A stretch of 56,110 nucleotides of DNA from a bacterium (GTDB taxonomy: Bacteria > UBP15 > UBA6099 > JBFMBQ01). A program made the position numbers and the translations under genes. The DNA is taken from contig JBFMFE010000020.1 in NCBI GenBank assembly GCA_040752295.1, positions 1-56,110 on the forward strand, given 5' to 3'. Shown one piece after another: positions 43,504-53,596 of the stretch (position 1 is the first letter of the stretch; every line of letters starts with the position of its first letter). The notes beneath the pieces were generated by a model that worked only from the letters and a program-made list of their open reading frames with translations, searched no databases and was not told the DNA's origin.

Positions 43504-45330
43504 TCAGCCCGCGGGGCGTTCCGTCGCTGCGGCGTCCGTTCCGCGGAAAAAGCGGAGGAAAAGCATAACGAGGACACCCGCCGAAAGCGCTATCAGCAGC
43601 GCGTCCGAGACTATCAGGGGGTAGTTCATCGTCTTCAGGTGTTTTTCCGCGAGCAGGTACACGAGAGAGGCGATGGTGGTGACCGTCATGAAGAGAGCGG
43701 GGAGGACGACGAACCAGACGGGCTTGCGGCGGTTCACGAGCCACACGGCGACGGCGATGAGGACGAGGGCGGCGAGAAGCTGGTTTGACGCGCCGAAAAT
43801 GGGCCAAATCCTGTCAATCGAGCTTCCGAGTGTCAGCAGGTACGCGAGCGCGACGACAAGCCCGGCGTTGGTAACGTACGACCGGAGTACGGCAGGGGGT
43901 TTCCGGAACAGGATCGCCCACAGTTCCTCGAGGAGATAGCGGTTGAGGCGCACGGCGGTGTCCAGAGTGGTGACGACGAAGCCCTCGACGAGAAGTATGC
44001 CGAAGACGGTGCCGTAGTCGCGCGGCAGCCCGAGGGAACCGTGCATGAGCGCCCCCATGGCGAGGGCGAACGCCAGTATGGGATTGCTTCTCGCCCCCGC
44101 CGCCGCGGCTTCTCTGTCCGGAAACACGATCCTTGTGTACTCGCCGAATTCGATGCCCGCGGCGACGACCGAGAGGACGCCGACGGCGAGTACGCCTTCG
44201 AGCAGCATCCCGCCGTATCCGATAGCTTTCGTGTGCGCCTCGCTGCAAAGCTGCTTTGAGGAGGTGCCGCCCGCGACGAGGGAATGGAAGCCTGAGATGG
44301 CGCCGCAGGCGACGGTGATGAAGAGGATGGGCCACACCATGCCGAGTTTTCCGGCGCCTTCCTCGAAGTTTGACGCCGGCGAGTGGATGTGGAAGGCGTC
44401 AACCCGCGCGGCGGTCTCCAGCGGCGCCGGTCCGGGCAATGCCGGATGGGTCAGTCCGCCGAAGATGACCATGACGAGGATGAGGGCGATGCCGAAGTAG
44501 AGAATGAAAGCGTTGGTGAAATCCCGCGGCTGGAGAACGATCCACACCGGAAGACCGGCGGCGAGAAGAACGTAGACGCAGAGAATGATGCGCCAGAGGT
44601 CGGGGGAGATGGAGACCGGGTGGTTGATGCCGACGAAAATGGAGCCGGCGCAGATCGCGAAAGCGAGCGCCGCGGCGGCGGAAACGGGTATTTTACGGAT
44701 ATAAAGGAGCCAGCCGAGGAAAGGCGCGCACGCGGTTATGACGATGACGGAGGTGGAGGCGATTCCGCCGATGATTCCGGAAACGGCAGTCGTTTCGACG
44801 CCGCCGACGGTTTTTGTTTCGATCACCGTGCGGAGTATCGTCCGGCGCTCGTCAACCCCCATGAGGGCGAGCGGGTACTTCGAGGTGAGCGCCGCGACGG
44901 TGGCGTTGAGGAACGCGGCGCAGACCATCAGGAGCATGATTATGGTGAAGGCGATGAAGAGGAAGAAGCCGAATTCGCCCAGGGATTTTCGCGCGACTTC
45001 CGCCATGGATTTCCCGCGCTCGCGGACGCTTACGAAGAGGGTGGTGAAATCGTGAACGCCGCCGAAGAAGATGCATCCGAGCACGATCCAGACGAGCGTG
45101 AGGCTGTAGCCGTAGATCATCGCGAGCGTGGGACCGAGGATTGGACCGCCGCCCGCGATGGAGGCGAAGTGATGAGAGAAAACGACGCCCAGCCGGGTGG
45201 GCACGTAATCCCTGTCGTCGCGCAGCGCCACGGCGGGGGGCTGGCGCGAGGGGTCAACCCCGAGGACGGCGGCGACGTACCGCGCGTACACGAAATACGC
45301 GACGACGAACAAAGGGATTGTGACGATCAT
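43504..45330 (-). CDS. cstA: carbon starvation protein CstA (peptide/pyruvate transporter family)
   Basis: DYVPT, HHFASIAGGGPILGP, and many TM segments. I trimmed the start to MIVTIPLF. Confidence 0.9.
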   Translation of the reverse strand: MIVTIPLFVVAYFVYARYVAAVLGVDPSRQPPAVALRDDRDYVPTRLGVVFSHHFASIAGGGPILGPTLAMIYGYSLTLVWIVLGCIFFGGVHDFTTLFVSVRERGKSMAEVARKSLGEFGFFLFIAFTIIMLLMVCAAFLNATVAALTSKYPLALMGVDERRTILRTVIETKTVGGVETTAVSGIIGGIASTSVIVITACAPFLGWLLYIRKIPVSAAAALAFAICAGSIFVGINHPVSISPDLWRIILCVYVLLAAGLPVWIVLQPRDFTNAFILYFGIALILVMVIFGGLTHPALPGPAPLETAARVDAFHIHSPASNFEEGAGKLGMVWPILFITVACGAISGFHSLVAGGTSSKQLCSEAHTKAIGYGGMLLEGVLAVGVLSVVAAGIEFGEYTRIVFPDREAAAAGARSNPILAFALAMGALMHGSLGLPRDYGTVFGILLVEGFVVTTLDTAVRLNRYLLEELWAILFRKPPAVLRSYVTNAGLVVALAYLLTLGSSIDRIWPIFGASNQLLAALVLIAVAVWLVNRRKPVWFVVLPALFMTVTTIASLVYLLAEKHLKTMNYPLIVSDALLIALSAGVLVMLFLRFFRGTDAAATERPAG

Positions 45331-45489
45331 AGGCACCGAGACGTTCACGGACCTTGCTCCAGAGAGGCGATCATGCGCTGCGCTTTGCGAAGAGCGACTG
45401 TACACGGTATATTACCGACAAAGCGCGGCGATGACAAGCCGCGCCGGTTGAAGAAGCATTCGGGCCTCCGCTATGATAAGCCGCAGGCG

Positions 45490-47031
45490 ATGAGAAGGAA
45501 CCGCGTAAAACCCGTTCTCGCCGCGTTCGTACTGATGCTGTCGCCCGTGAGCGCCGGGGAACAGGCGGTCGAGAGACTGACGGGGCTGCTGGAGGGCGCG
45601 GAATCGGCGCTCGACGGCGACAGGGCGACCGCGGCGACGCTCGCGAGAAGGGACACCGGCGAGCCGTTCCGCGTTTACGTGTACCTGAAGGAGACGATGA
45701 GGGTGGGCGGGGTGAGGCTGGTGACGGACCTGCCGGTCTCCACCGACGGGACGGTCGTTTCGGTGAGCGGCGATATCGTCAACTGGCAGGATGCCGCCGT
45801 GGAATTGAGCGCGCGCGGGGGGGAGGATGGGAAAGGGGAACTGGAGGCGGCGGCGGCGCCGCCGTTGTTCGCGAGGTACCTGAGGCTGGCTATCCGTCCC
45901 GCGGCGGCGGATGCGATGGAGCTGAAGATATTCGAGCTTTCGGTCGCGGAGGCTGAGACGCCGGAAAACGTGATATCGAACGTGCGCGTGAGGGACGTCA
46001 CGCGGAATTCGGCGGTGGTGGAGTACACGACGCTCCTGCCGACGGTCTCGCAGGTGAGATACGGTCCGTGGAGACCGGAGTTCAGGTTCGTAAGGATACA
46101 CCAGTTGGAGGCGACGGAGCACAGTCTGGAACTGGGCGACCTGCTCGAGGGCACGGATTATTATCTTCAGGTGGTGGTATCTGGGGGTGAGGCGATCGGT
46201 CCGGTTTACTCGTTCCGGACGAAGGGCAAGCCGCTGCCGATCATACTGAACATCGCCCTTCACGAGGTGGGCGAGGAGCGCGCGGAGGCGGCGTTCACGG
46301 GGAACACGGATTTGAAATGGCGGGTGTATTACGGAGAGTATGAGGATGGGATGGACGCGGAGGCGGCGAAGAGGGCTGCGGGCGTTGTCGTGAAGGAGAC
46401 CGGCGGTTTCGAGACGTCCCCCGCGTTCGTCTTCGAGGGTTTGAAGCCGAGGACGCGGTATTACTTTTACATAGAAGCGGAGGATGACGAGGGGAGGAAG
46501 ACCGGGAGCGACCTGCACGGGTTCGACACACCAGCGAGGAACCTTGCGCGGGGGAAGGCGGTGAAGGGGACGTTCTCGAACGAGATGAGCGACGAGCACA
46601 TCACGCGGGCGCCGGACCCGATGGGGCGGGCGGTGGACGGCGACGAGACGTACTTTGACGGGTTCGCAAAATCGTATCCGCCGAAGGACGGGAGGCAGTG
46701 GGTCGAGGTGGATCTGGGCGCGGAGATGGACGTCTCGGAGGTGGAGATCGTGTGGAGCCGGCTGGGGATACCGGAGAGGTACACGGTGGAGGCGTCCGCG
46801 GACGGGAGGGACTGGCGGGAAGCGCTGAGCGCGGAGGGGGACGGATTCGAGCCTGGGGCGCGGGTGTGGGAGGAGAGGTCGAAGAGGGGGGACCCGCTCG
46901 TGTTTGTGCGGTTTCCTCTTGCGGGGAGGCTCCGGCACCTGCGGCTTGCTATCCCCGCGGGGACGCCGGTGAGGAGCAGGTTCGATTTTGACGTGGCGAT
47001 ACTTGCGGAGATGAAGGTTTTAGCGCCCTGA
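45490..47031 (+). CDS. secreted protein with FN3-like and discoidin-like domains
   Basis: Signal peptide MRRNRVKPVLAAFVLMLSPVSAG. FN3-like V.V.DVT..SAVVEYTT and a C-terminal NLA.GK.V...A.DGD...QWVEVDLG discoidin pattern. The 5-prime part of ORF 44383.. lies antisense to cstA and was discarded. Confidence 0.6.
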   Translation: MRRNRVKPVLAAFVLMLSPVSAGEQAVERLTGLLEGAESALDGDRATAATLARRDTGEPFRVYVYLKETMRVGGVRLVTDLPVSTDGTVVSVSGDIVNWQDAAVELSARGGEDGKGELEAAAAPPLFARYLRLAIRPAAADAMELKIFELSVAEAETPENVISNVRVRDVTRNSAVVEYTTLLPTVSQVRYGPWRPEFRFVRIHQLEATEHSLELGDLLEGTDYYLQVVVSGGEAIGPVYSFRTKGKPLPIILNIALHEVGEERAEAAFTGNTDLKWRVYYGEYEDGMDAEAAKRAAGVVVKETGGFETSPAFVFEGLKPRTRYYFYIEAEDDEGRKTGSDLHGFDTPARNLARGKAVKGTFSNEMSDEHITRAPDPMGRAVDGDETYFDGFAKSYPPKDGRQWVEVDLGAEMDVSEVEIVWSRLGIPERYTVEASADGRDWREALSAEGDGFEPGARVWEERSKRGDPLVFVRFPLAGRLRHLRLAIPAGTPVRSRFDFDVAILAEMKVLAP

Positions 47032-47155
47032 CGGGGCGTGAGCGTTCTTTCGATATACAAAAATCCTGTTCCGGGTCTTCATTGATTCGCCCCCCGTCGG
47101 CAATTCGACGTTCGTCGTTGTCCCTCTGCCGTGGGGCGCGGGAGGGTACGGGAGT

Positions 47156-47184
47156 TTGACAAAGGGGGGCGGGGACATTAATCT
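47156..47184 (+). promoter_or_regulatory. putative sigma70 promoter upstream of ffh (TTGACA-17-TAATCT)
   Basis: Hexamers read directly from the sequence. The -10 is weak. Confidence 0.35.
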
Positions 47185-47239
47185 TTCAGTTGTGCGGTTT
47201 TCGGGGGATTTTATTATACGCGAGGGGTTCTGAGGGAAG

Positions 47240-48553
47240 TTGCTGGACACATTCGCCGAGAGAATATCCGGGATATTCAAGCGGTTGAGCGGCAGGGGAC
47301 GGCTCACGGAGAAGAACATCCTTGACGCCGTCCGCGAGCTGAGGTTCACGCTGCTCGAGTCGGACGTGAACTTCGAGGTGGTGAAGAGTTTCATCGCGGA
47401 CGTGCGCGCGAAAGCGCTCGGAGAGGCTGTCTTGAACAGTCTCACGCCGACGGAGCAGTTTTTCAAGGTCGTGAAGGACAGTTTAGTGGAGCTTCTGGGC
47501 GGCGCGAACGAGCCGCTGTCGCTGCCCGGGGGCAGGCCGGACGTGATACTTCTGAGCGGGATACAGGGGGCGGGGAAGACGACCACCGCCGCGAAGCTGG
47601 GGGCGATGATGAGGAAGCGCGGGAAGGGCGTGCTACTGGCGCCTCTGGACGTGAAGCGTCCGGCGGCGGTCGAGCAACTGCGCGTGCTCGCCGACGGCAA
47701 CGGGCTGCCGTTTCTATTTCCGGAGGGCTGCGGGACGCCGGTGGAGATCGCGCGCGCTGTGCGGCTGGCGGCGGAGGAGAGGGGTGCGGACGTTCTCATA
47801 CTGGACAGCGCCGGGCGCACACACGCCGACCGTGAGATGATGGAGGAGATAACCGCGATAGCCGAAGTGACTCGTCCGACGGAGAACCTGCTCGTGCTCG
47901 ACGGGATGACGGGGCAGGACGCGGTGAACATCGCGGGGAGTTTCGAGCGTGCGGGCGTGACTGGGTTCGTGCTGACGAAGATGGATGGAGACGCGCGCGG
48001 AGGGGCGGCGCTTTCGATCCGGTACGTCACGGGCAAGCCGGTGAAGCTGATAGGGGTCGGGGAGAAGATGGAGGCGCTGGAGCCGTTTCATCCGGACAGG
48101 TTCGTGAACCGGATTTTGGGGATGGGGGACCTTGCGACGCTGATCGAGAAGGTGGAAGAGACGATAGACCTCGAGGAAGCGAAGCGGCTCGAGAGGAAGT
48201 TGAGGCGCGACGAGTTCAACCTTGAGGATTTTCTCGGGCAGATGAGGAAGATGAGGAAGATGGGGTCGTTCGCGAGCCTTCTGGGGATGATACCCGGTCT
48301 GGGGGGGTTGAGAAGGCAGTTCCCCGTGGAGGCGGCGGAGGGGCAGATGAAGAGGGTGGAAGCGATAATCCTTTCGATGACGCGCGAAGAGAGGGTGAAT
48401 CCCGAGATATTGAATTCGAGCCGGAAGCGGCGGATATCGGCGGGGAGCGGGACGACGATACAGGAGGTCAACCAGTTGTTGAAGCAGTTCAAGTGGATGA
48501 AGAAGCTCATAAAGCAGGCAAGGCGGGGAGCGCTGCCCGCCATGCCCGCTTGA
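47240..48553 (+). CDS. ffh: signal recognition particle protein Ffh
   Basis: GIQGAGKTTT, DSAGR, TKMDGDARGGAALS, and a Met-rich M domain. TTG start. Confidence 0.96.
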   Translation: MLDTFAERISGIFKRLSGRGRLTEKNILDAVRELRFTLLESDVNFEVVKSFIADVRAKALGEAVLNSLTPTEQFFKVVKDSLVELLGGANEPLSLPGGRPDVILLSGIQGAGKTTTAAKLGAMMRKRGKGVLLAPLDVKRPAAVEQLRVLADGNGLPFLFPEGCGTPVEIARAVRLAAEERGADVLILDSAGRTHADREMMEEITAIAEVTRPTENLLVLDGMTGQDAVNIAGSFERAGVTGFVLTKMDGDARGGAALSIRYVTGKPVKLIGVGEKMEALEPFHPDRFVNRILGMGDLATLIEKVEETIDLEEAKRLERKLRRDEFNLEDFLGQMRKMRKMGSFASLLGMIPGLGGLRRQFPVEAAEGQMKRVEAIILSMTREERVNPEILNSSRKRRISAGSGTTIQEVNQLLKQFKWMKKLIKQARRGALPAMPA

Positions 48554-48583
48554 AAAACGCACGAGCGAAAGGCAGGTGATGAC

Positions 48584-48847
48584 GTGGCGGTCAAGATAAG
48601 GCTCACGAGGACGGGCAGCAGGAATTCGCCCAGTTACCGCCTTGTGGCGGCGGACTCGCGTTCACCGAGGGACGGACGGTTCATCGAGATACTCGGTCAT
48701 TACGATCCCGGGCATTATCCCGAATCAGTAACCGTGAAGGAGGACAGGGTCCTCCACTGGCTCCGGAACGGGGCGACGGCGACGGCGACGGTGAAGAAAC
48801 TGTTGAAGGAGAAGGGGATATCGGCATCCACGCGAAAAACTGAATGA
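48584..48847 (+). CDS. rpsP: 30S ribosomal protein S16
   Basis: AVKIRLTRTGSRNSPSYRLVAADSRSPRDGRFIE. Confidence 0.95.
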   Translation: MAVKIRLTRTGSRNSPSYRLVAADSRSPRDGRFIEILGHYDPGHYPESVTVKEDRVLHWLRNGATATATVKKLLKEKGISASTRKTE

Positions 48848-48872
48848 CAGCACAAGCTGGAGGTGAGAAGAG

Positions 48873-49103
48873 ATGAAGGGACTGCTCGAATACATCGTGA
48901 AGGCGATAGTTGACGCACCCGAGTCGGTGACGATCAAGGAGGTGCTGGGGGAGAAGGCAGTGGTATTTGAGATCAGGGTCGCCGAGTCCGACATCGGGAA
49001 GGTAATCGGGAGGAACGGGCGGATAATCAACGCGATCCGGACGCTCGTGAGGGCTGCCGCGGTGAAGGAGGGCAAGAAGGTATCCGTCGAGCTGATCGGC
49101 TGA
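48873..49103 (+). CDS. KH-domain RNA-binding protein (YlqC-like)
   Basis: GKVIGRNGRIINAIR GxxG KH motif, and the conserved position between rpsP and rimM. Confidence 0.85.
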   Translation: MKGLLEYIVKAIVDAPESVTIKEVLGEKAVVFEIRVAESDIGKVIGRNGRIINAIRTLVRAAAVKEGKKVSVELIG

Positions 49104-49609
49104 TGCGATACGTCAGCATCGCGAGGGTGCAGGTCCCTCACGGTGTGAAGGGATGGTTGAACCTGCGCGTTCTGACGGACAACCTGGAGCACTTTCGTCC
49201 GGGGAGCGAGGTGTTTATCGGGGAGGAAGGGGCGCCGCCGGAGGCGCGCGTTATCGAGGACGCGCGGATTTCGCCGAAGGCCTGCCGGGTTCTTCTGAAA
49301 GGTCTGCGCTCACGCGAGGAAGCCGCGAAAGTTCGCGGTCTTTGCGTTTATGTCCCCGAGGCGCGCCTTCCTCCCATACGCGAGAAGGACACGTTTTACT
49401 CGTTCCAGATAATCGGCATGAGGGTGAGGGACGACACGGGGAGGGAATGGGGGACGGTGACAAACATATTCAGCGCCGGGGGAAACGACGTGTACGTCGT
49501 CACCGGGGAGAAGGGAAGGGAATACTACGTTCCGGCATTGAGAGCCGCGGTGAAGAAGGTTGACACCCGCGCCGGGGCGATGGAGATAGACCCCGAGTGG
49601 GCTGTATGA
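49103..49609 (+). CDS. rimM: 16S rRNA processing protein RimM
   Basis: PHGVKGW, a PRC-barrel C-terminus, and synteny. Its start overlaps the KH gene stop (TGATG). Confidence 0.9.
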   Translation: MRYVSIARVQVPHGVKGWLNLRVLTDNLEHFRPGSEVFIGEEGAPPEARVIEDARISPKACRVLLKGLRSREEAAKVRGLCVYVPEARLPPIREKDTFYSFQIIGMRVRDDTGREWGTVTNIFSAGGNDVYVVTGEKGREYYVPALRAAVKKVDTRAGAMEIDPEWAV

Positions 49610-49657
49610 GGGGCATCAGGGACTGCCGGCGGCGGCGGATGAGCGGGGCGGTGGGGA

Positions 49658-50425
49658 ATGACATTTCACGTCATAACGCTTTTTCCCGGGGTGGTCGAGG
49701 CGTACGTCGGGTGCGGCGTTCTGGGAAAAGCGGTGCAGAGCGGTGCGATCCGCGTGCGGTGCGTTCAGTTGAGAGATTTCGCGCGCGACAAGCACCGGAC
49801 GGTGGACGATTATCCTCACGGGGGCGGAGCGGGCATGGTGCTGAAGCCGGAGCCGTTGTTTACAGCGGTGGAACACGTGCGCGGGACGCTGGAAACCGCC
49901 GCCGCGAAGGCTCCTGTAATATTGATGACGCCGCGGGGGGAGCGGTTCACGGCGGCGACGGCGATGGAGCTGGCGGGGCTGGACGAGATGATCATCGTCT
50001 GCGGGCATTACGGCGGCGTTGATGAGCGCGTGCACGAGCACCTGGCGGACCGTGAGATATCGGTCGGGGATTTCGTTGTGACGGGCGGGGAGCTTCCGGC
50101 GCTTATTCTGATAGACGCGGTTTCGCGGTTCGCGCCCGGGGTGGTCGGCTCGCCGGAGTCGGTGGAGGGCGATTCGTATCAGGATTCGCTGCTGGGGTCG
50201 CCCGCGTACACGCGCCCCGCGGATTTCCGGGGGATGGTCGTTCCGGCGGCGCTGCTGGGAGGGAATCACCGTGAGATAGAGAAGTGGAGGCGGCGGGAGA
50301 AGCTGCGGAGGACGTTTGAGAGGCGGCCGGAGCTGCTGGCGGGCGCCGCGCTGAGCGGCGAGGATATTGAATTTTTGAAGTCTTTGGGTTATTCTCCACG
50401 GGTTGATCGCGGGGGCGCGAGATGA
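49658..50425 (+). CDS. trmD: tRNA (guanine37-N1)-methyltransferase
   Basis: FHVITLFP, DDYPHGGGAGMV, GHYGGVDERV and GGNH..I..WR. Confidence 0.93.
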   Translation: MTFHVITLFPGVVEAYVGCGVLGKAVQSGAIRVRCVQLRDFARDKHRTVDDYPHGGGAGMVLKPEPLFTAVEHVRGTLETAAAKAPVILMTPRGERFTAATAMELAGLDEMIIVCGHYGGVDERVHEHLADREISVGDFVVTGGELPALILIDAVSRFAPGVVGSPESVEGDSYQDSLLGSPAYTRPADFRGMVVPAALLGGNHREIEKWRRREKLRRTFERRPELLAGAALSGEDIEFLKSLGYSPRVDRGGAR

Positions 50426-50508
50426 GATAAATGCGGAACGCGAGCGCGCGGACGCCGTCCGGGAGCGGCGGCAGGCAGCCCGGTTCACAGGGAAGGGAGA
50501 GCTTGAAG

Positions 50509-50868
50509 ATGCGAGCGAAAGAGATCGAGGAGTTCGAGAAAAAATACCGGAAGAAGGAGACGCCCGAATTCGGCATAGGGGACACGGTGAAGGTCTATCA
50601 TAAGATCGTGGAGGGGGACAAGGAACGGACGCAGGTGTTTCAGGGGACGGTGATACGGCAGCAGAACGCGGGGATGGGGCGGACGTTCACGGTGCGCAAG
50701 ATGTCGTTTTCCGTGGGCGTGGAGAAAACGTTTCCACTGCACTCGCCGAGGGTGGAGAAGGTGAAGGTCGTGAGAAAAGGCGAGGTGAGGAGAAGCAAGC
50801 TGTACTATTTGAGGGACTTGAAAGGGAAGTCCGCGCGCGTGAAGCAGAAGCGGGACGTCAAGGAATGA
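50509..50868 (+). CDS. rplS: 50S ribosomal protein L19
   Basis: [26 protein letters not shown] trimmed the start to MRAKEIE. Confidence 0.93.
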   Translation: MRAKEIEEFEKKYRKKETPEFGIGDTVKVYHKIVEGDKERTQVFQGTVIRQQNAGMGRTFTVRKMSFSVGVEKTFPLHSPRVEKVKVVRKGEVRRSKLYYLRDLKGKSARVKQKRDVKE

Positions 50869-50948
50869 AGCGGCGGGCGGACGGACGCCGGAAGACGGGA
50901 GGCGGGCTGCGCGCCGCCGCGGATGACGCCGCCGCAGGTTAAATCCCC

Positions 50949-51875
50949 TTGAAAGACAGGAAGGAACAGGAAGCGGGATACAGGGTCAGTCTCACAACGG
51001 AGCCTGATCGCGTGATTTCGGACGGCAGGAGCGAGGCGACGTTCAGGTGCACGGTGGAGACGGCGGAGGGTAAACCCGTCGGCGGCGAAGCCGAGGTCGT
51101 TTTCACGGTCGGGAGAACAATGTTCCGGGAGACCCGTAACCTGAGGCGCGGGACGGCGGCGGTGAGGTTCGCCACGAGGCGTCCGGTCGAGCGGACGAGG
51201 GTAAAGGCGACCACGCCCTACGGCGAGGCGACGGCGCCTTTCTACGTCGCGCCCACCCTGTCCCAGTGGATAAAGGCGTGGGTCCGGTGGATCGCCGCGG
51301 CGCTGATACTGGTGATTTTCGTTATCAAGCCGTACATTTTAGGCAATTACTTCATTCCCTCCGGCTCGATGGAACCCACGTTCTACAGGGGCGACCGCCT
51401 GTTCGCGCTCATGTTCGTGTACCGGTTCGCGCCTCCGCGCCGGGGCGACATCGTCATCTTCCGTCCGCCGTTCGACAGGGTCAGGCGCCGGGTCCCCCTG
51501 CCCTTTCATCCGATAGTGTTTTACACGCCGAAGGAGTATATAAAGCGCGTGATCGGCGTCGGGGGCGACGCCGTCGAGGTGAGGGACGGGACGGTGTACA
51601 TCAACGGCGTGCCGATCGAGGAACCGTACATCGAGTCTCCCCCGTGGTACTACATGGAGCGCGTGAGCGTGCCGGAGGGGAGCGTATTCGTTTTAGGGGA
51701 CAACCGCAACAACAGCCGGGACAGCCACATCTGGGGGATGCTGGAGCGCAAGCACGTGAGGGGCAAGGCGGTGCTGCATTTCTGGCCGCCGGACAGGTTC
51801 AAGCTGATCAGGCGTCCGAGGTGGGCGATCGAGGCTGATGGGCGCAGCGCCCCGAAAACCCCCGTTTCGCGTTGA
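50949..51875 (+). CDS. lepB: signal peptidase I with an N-terminal Ig-like extension
   Basis: SGSMEPTF (Ser box), YIKRVIG and GDNRNNSRDS. The start is uncertain: TTG 50949 opens the ORF, and ATG 51120 follows GGGAGA. Confidence 0.85.
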   Translation: MKDRKEQEAGYRVSLTTEPDRVISDGRSEATFRCTVETAEGKPVGGEAEVVFTVGRTMFRETRNLRRGTAAVRFATRRPVERTRVKATTPYGEATAPFYVAPTLSQWIKAWVRWIAAALILVIFVIKPYILGNYFIPSGSMEPTFYRGDRLFALMFVYRFAPPRRGDIVIFRPPFDRVRRRVPLPFHPIVFYTPKEYIKRVIGVGGDAVEVRDGTVYINGVPIEEPYIESPPWYYMERVSVPEGSVFVLGDNRNNSRDSHIWGMLERKHVRGKAVLHFWPPDRFKLIRRPRWAIEADGRSAPKTPVSR

Positions 51876-51944
51876 ACGAAGCCCCGCGCGGGGCAGCGCA
51901 AAGCCCCGTAACGCCGCCGCCGGTTTATACGCGCGGCAGAGAGG

Positions 51945-53195
51945 GTGAACGCTTTGGAGTCCGGGCGCGTGAAGCATCTGGACGTTGATTCGTTAAAAGA
52001 CGTCATAGGTGAGCTTGTGCGCGCAGGCTGCGCGCCGGAGCGGATGGAGGAGATCGCGACGCGCGCTGTGTTTCGCGGCTTGAGGGTGGAGGGACTGGAC
52101 GCGAGGGCGGCGCTCGCTGTTCAGGAGGAGATGCTGTCTGCCGGCGGCGAGGCTGCCGTTCCCGGAAACGCGCTCGAGAGCGCGGGGTCGGATTTGAGCG
52201 TTCTGCTTTTCGGCACTCTGGGGGACTACCGGCGGCTGATGGTGGGGCTTGGGTCGCGCGGGGAGCGGTTCCGCCCGCTCGCCGCGGCGCTGCGGACGGC
52301 GCTTATGAACGTGGAAGGCTCGAAGCCGCCGCCGCCCGTGGAATGCGCGCGCGGGAGGCTCGTATTCGGCTCCAAGACGTACGTTATGGGAATCATAAAC
52401 GTCACGCCGGATTCGTTTTACGACGGGGGAAAGCACTTCGAGATTGAGAAGGCGCTGAACACGGCTGTTGAGATGCACGAGGCGGGGGTGGACATAATAG
52501 ACGTGGGCGGCGAATCGTCGCGTCCGGGGGCGGCGCCGGCAAGCGAGGAGGAGGAGTTGAGGCGTACGGTTCCCGTGATAAAGGGGATACGCGGCAGCCG
52601 CGCGCGGGGGGCGATAATCTCGATTGACACGAGGAAAGCGGTGGTTGCCGAGAAGGCGCTTGAGGCGGGTGCGGACATCATAAACGACGTGTCGGCGCTG
52701 AGGCACGACGCCGGGATGGCGAAGGTCGCGGCGGAGAGCGGCGCGCCGGTGTGTCTGATGCACATGCTGGGAACGCCCGCCGACATGCAGAACGATCCGC
52801 GGTACGTGACCGACGTGGTTTTTGAAATAGTGTCGTTTTTGGCGGAGCGTGTGGAGTACGCGGTGTCGCGCGGGGTACGGCGGGAGCGGATAATCATAGA
52901 CCCCGGGATCGGGTTCGGCAAGACGGTGGAGCACAACCTTGAGATATTGAATCGTTTGAGGGAGTTTCGCGTGCTGGGGCATCCGGTGCTTGTGGGCGCG
53001 TCGAGGAAATCGTTCATCGGGAAGGTATCGGGGCTGGAGGCGGGGGAGCGACTGGAGGGTTCGCTGGCGGCGGCGGTGGCGGCGGCGGCGCGTGGGGCGG
53101 ACGTCGTGCGGGTTCACGATTTCGCGGAGACGCTGCGGGCGGTGCGCGTCGCCGACGCCGTGTTCCGCAAAAGAAGGATGGTCCGGGGTGGCTGA
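51945..53195 (+). CDS. folP: dihydropteroate synthase with an N-terminal extension of about 135 aa
   Basis: MGIINVTPDSFYDGG, DIIDVGGESSRPG and GASRKSFIG. GTG start. Confidence 0.88.
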   Translation: MNALESGRVKHLDVDSLKDVIGELVRAGCAPERMEEIATRAVFRGLRVEGLDARAALAVQEEMLSAGGEAAVPGNALESAGSDLSVLLFGTLGDYRRLMVGLGSRGERFRPLAAALRTALMNVEGSKPPPPVECARGRLVFGSKTYVMGIINVTPDSFYDGGKHFEIEKALNTAVEMHEAGVDIIDVGGESSRPGAAPASEEEELRRTVPVIKGIRGSRARGAIISIDTRKAVVAEKALEAGADIINDVSALRHDAGMAKVAAESGAPVCLMHMLGTPADMQNDPRYVTDVVFEIVSFLAERVEYAVSRGVRRERIIIDPGIGFGKTVEHNLEILNRLREFRVLGHPVLVGASRKSFIGKVSGLEAGERLEGSLAAAVAAAARGADVVRVHDFAETLRAVRVADAVFRKRRMVRGG

Positions 53196-53416
53196 TGGAG
53201 ACCACTGGGCTGACGGCGGGCGAGTTCGAGGACATACTGTGCGACGCGTGCCGCGACGTGCCGCTGACGTATTACTGTCCGGCGTGCGATTTCAAGGTGT
53301 GCGTTGATTGTCTGGAGAAGCACTTTCGCCGGCGCCGTAGCGGCGCGCTCGAATGCCGGAAGTGCGGGAACGTGGACAGGAAGCTTTCGACGTTCGTGGG
53401 GACGGGGAGGCTGTGA
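53195..53416 (+). CDS. 73-aa Cys-rich zinc-finger protein (B-box-like spacing)
   Basis: C-x2-C-x8-C-x2-C-x4-C-x2-C-x3-H-x10-C-x2-C. The ATG overlaps the folP stop (TGATG). Confidence 0.6.
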   Translation: METTGLTAGEFEDILCDACRDVPLTYYCPACDFKVCVDCLEKHFRRRRSGALECRKCGNVDRKLSTFVGTGRL

Positions 53417-53596
53417 ATATCAGCCGTGGATTACACGGATGCGGACTGATTCATTTCACGCGCCGAAGGCGCGCTGAAAAAACGGCATGAACCGCGGACC
53501 GGGCGTAATCTGCGGCTGAGAAAGTGACGACGTCCCGATATTGCAGGTGTAAATCGCGCCTGATCCCGGCAGCGGGCGAAAGGGCGGGCGCGAAAA

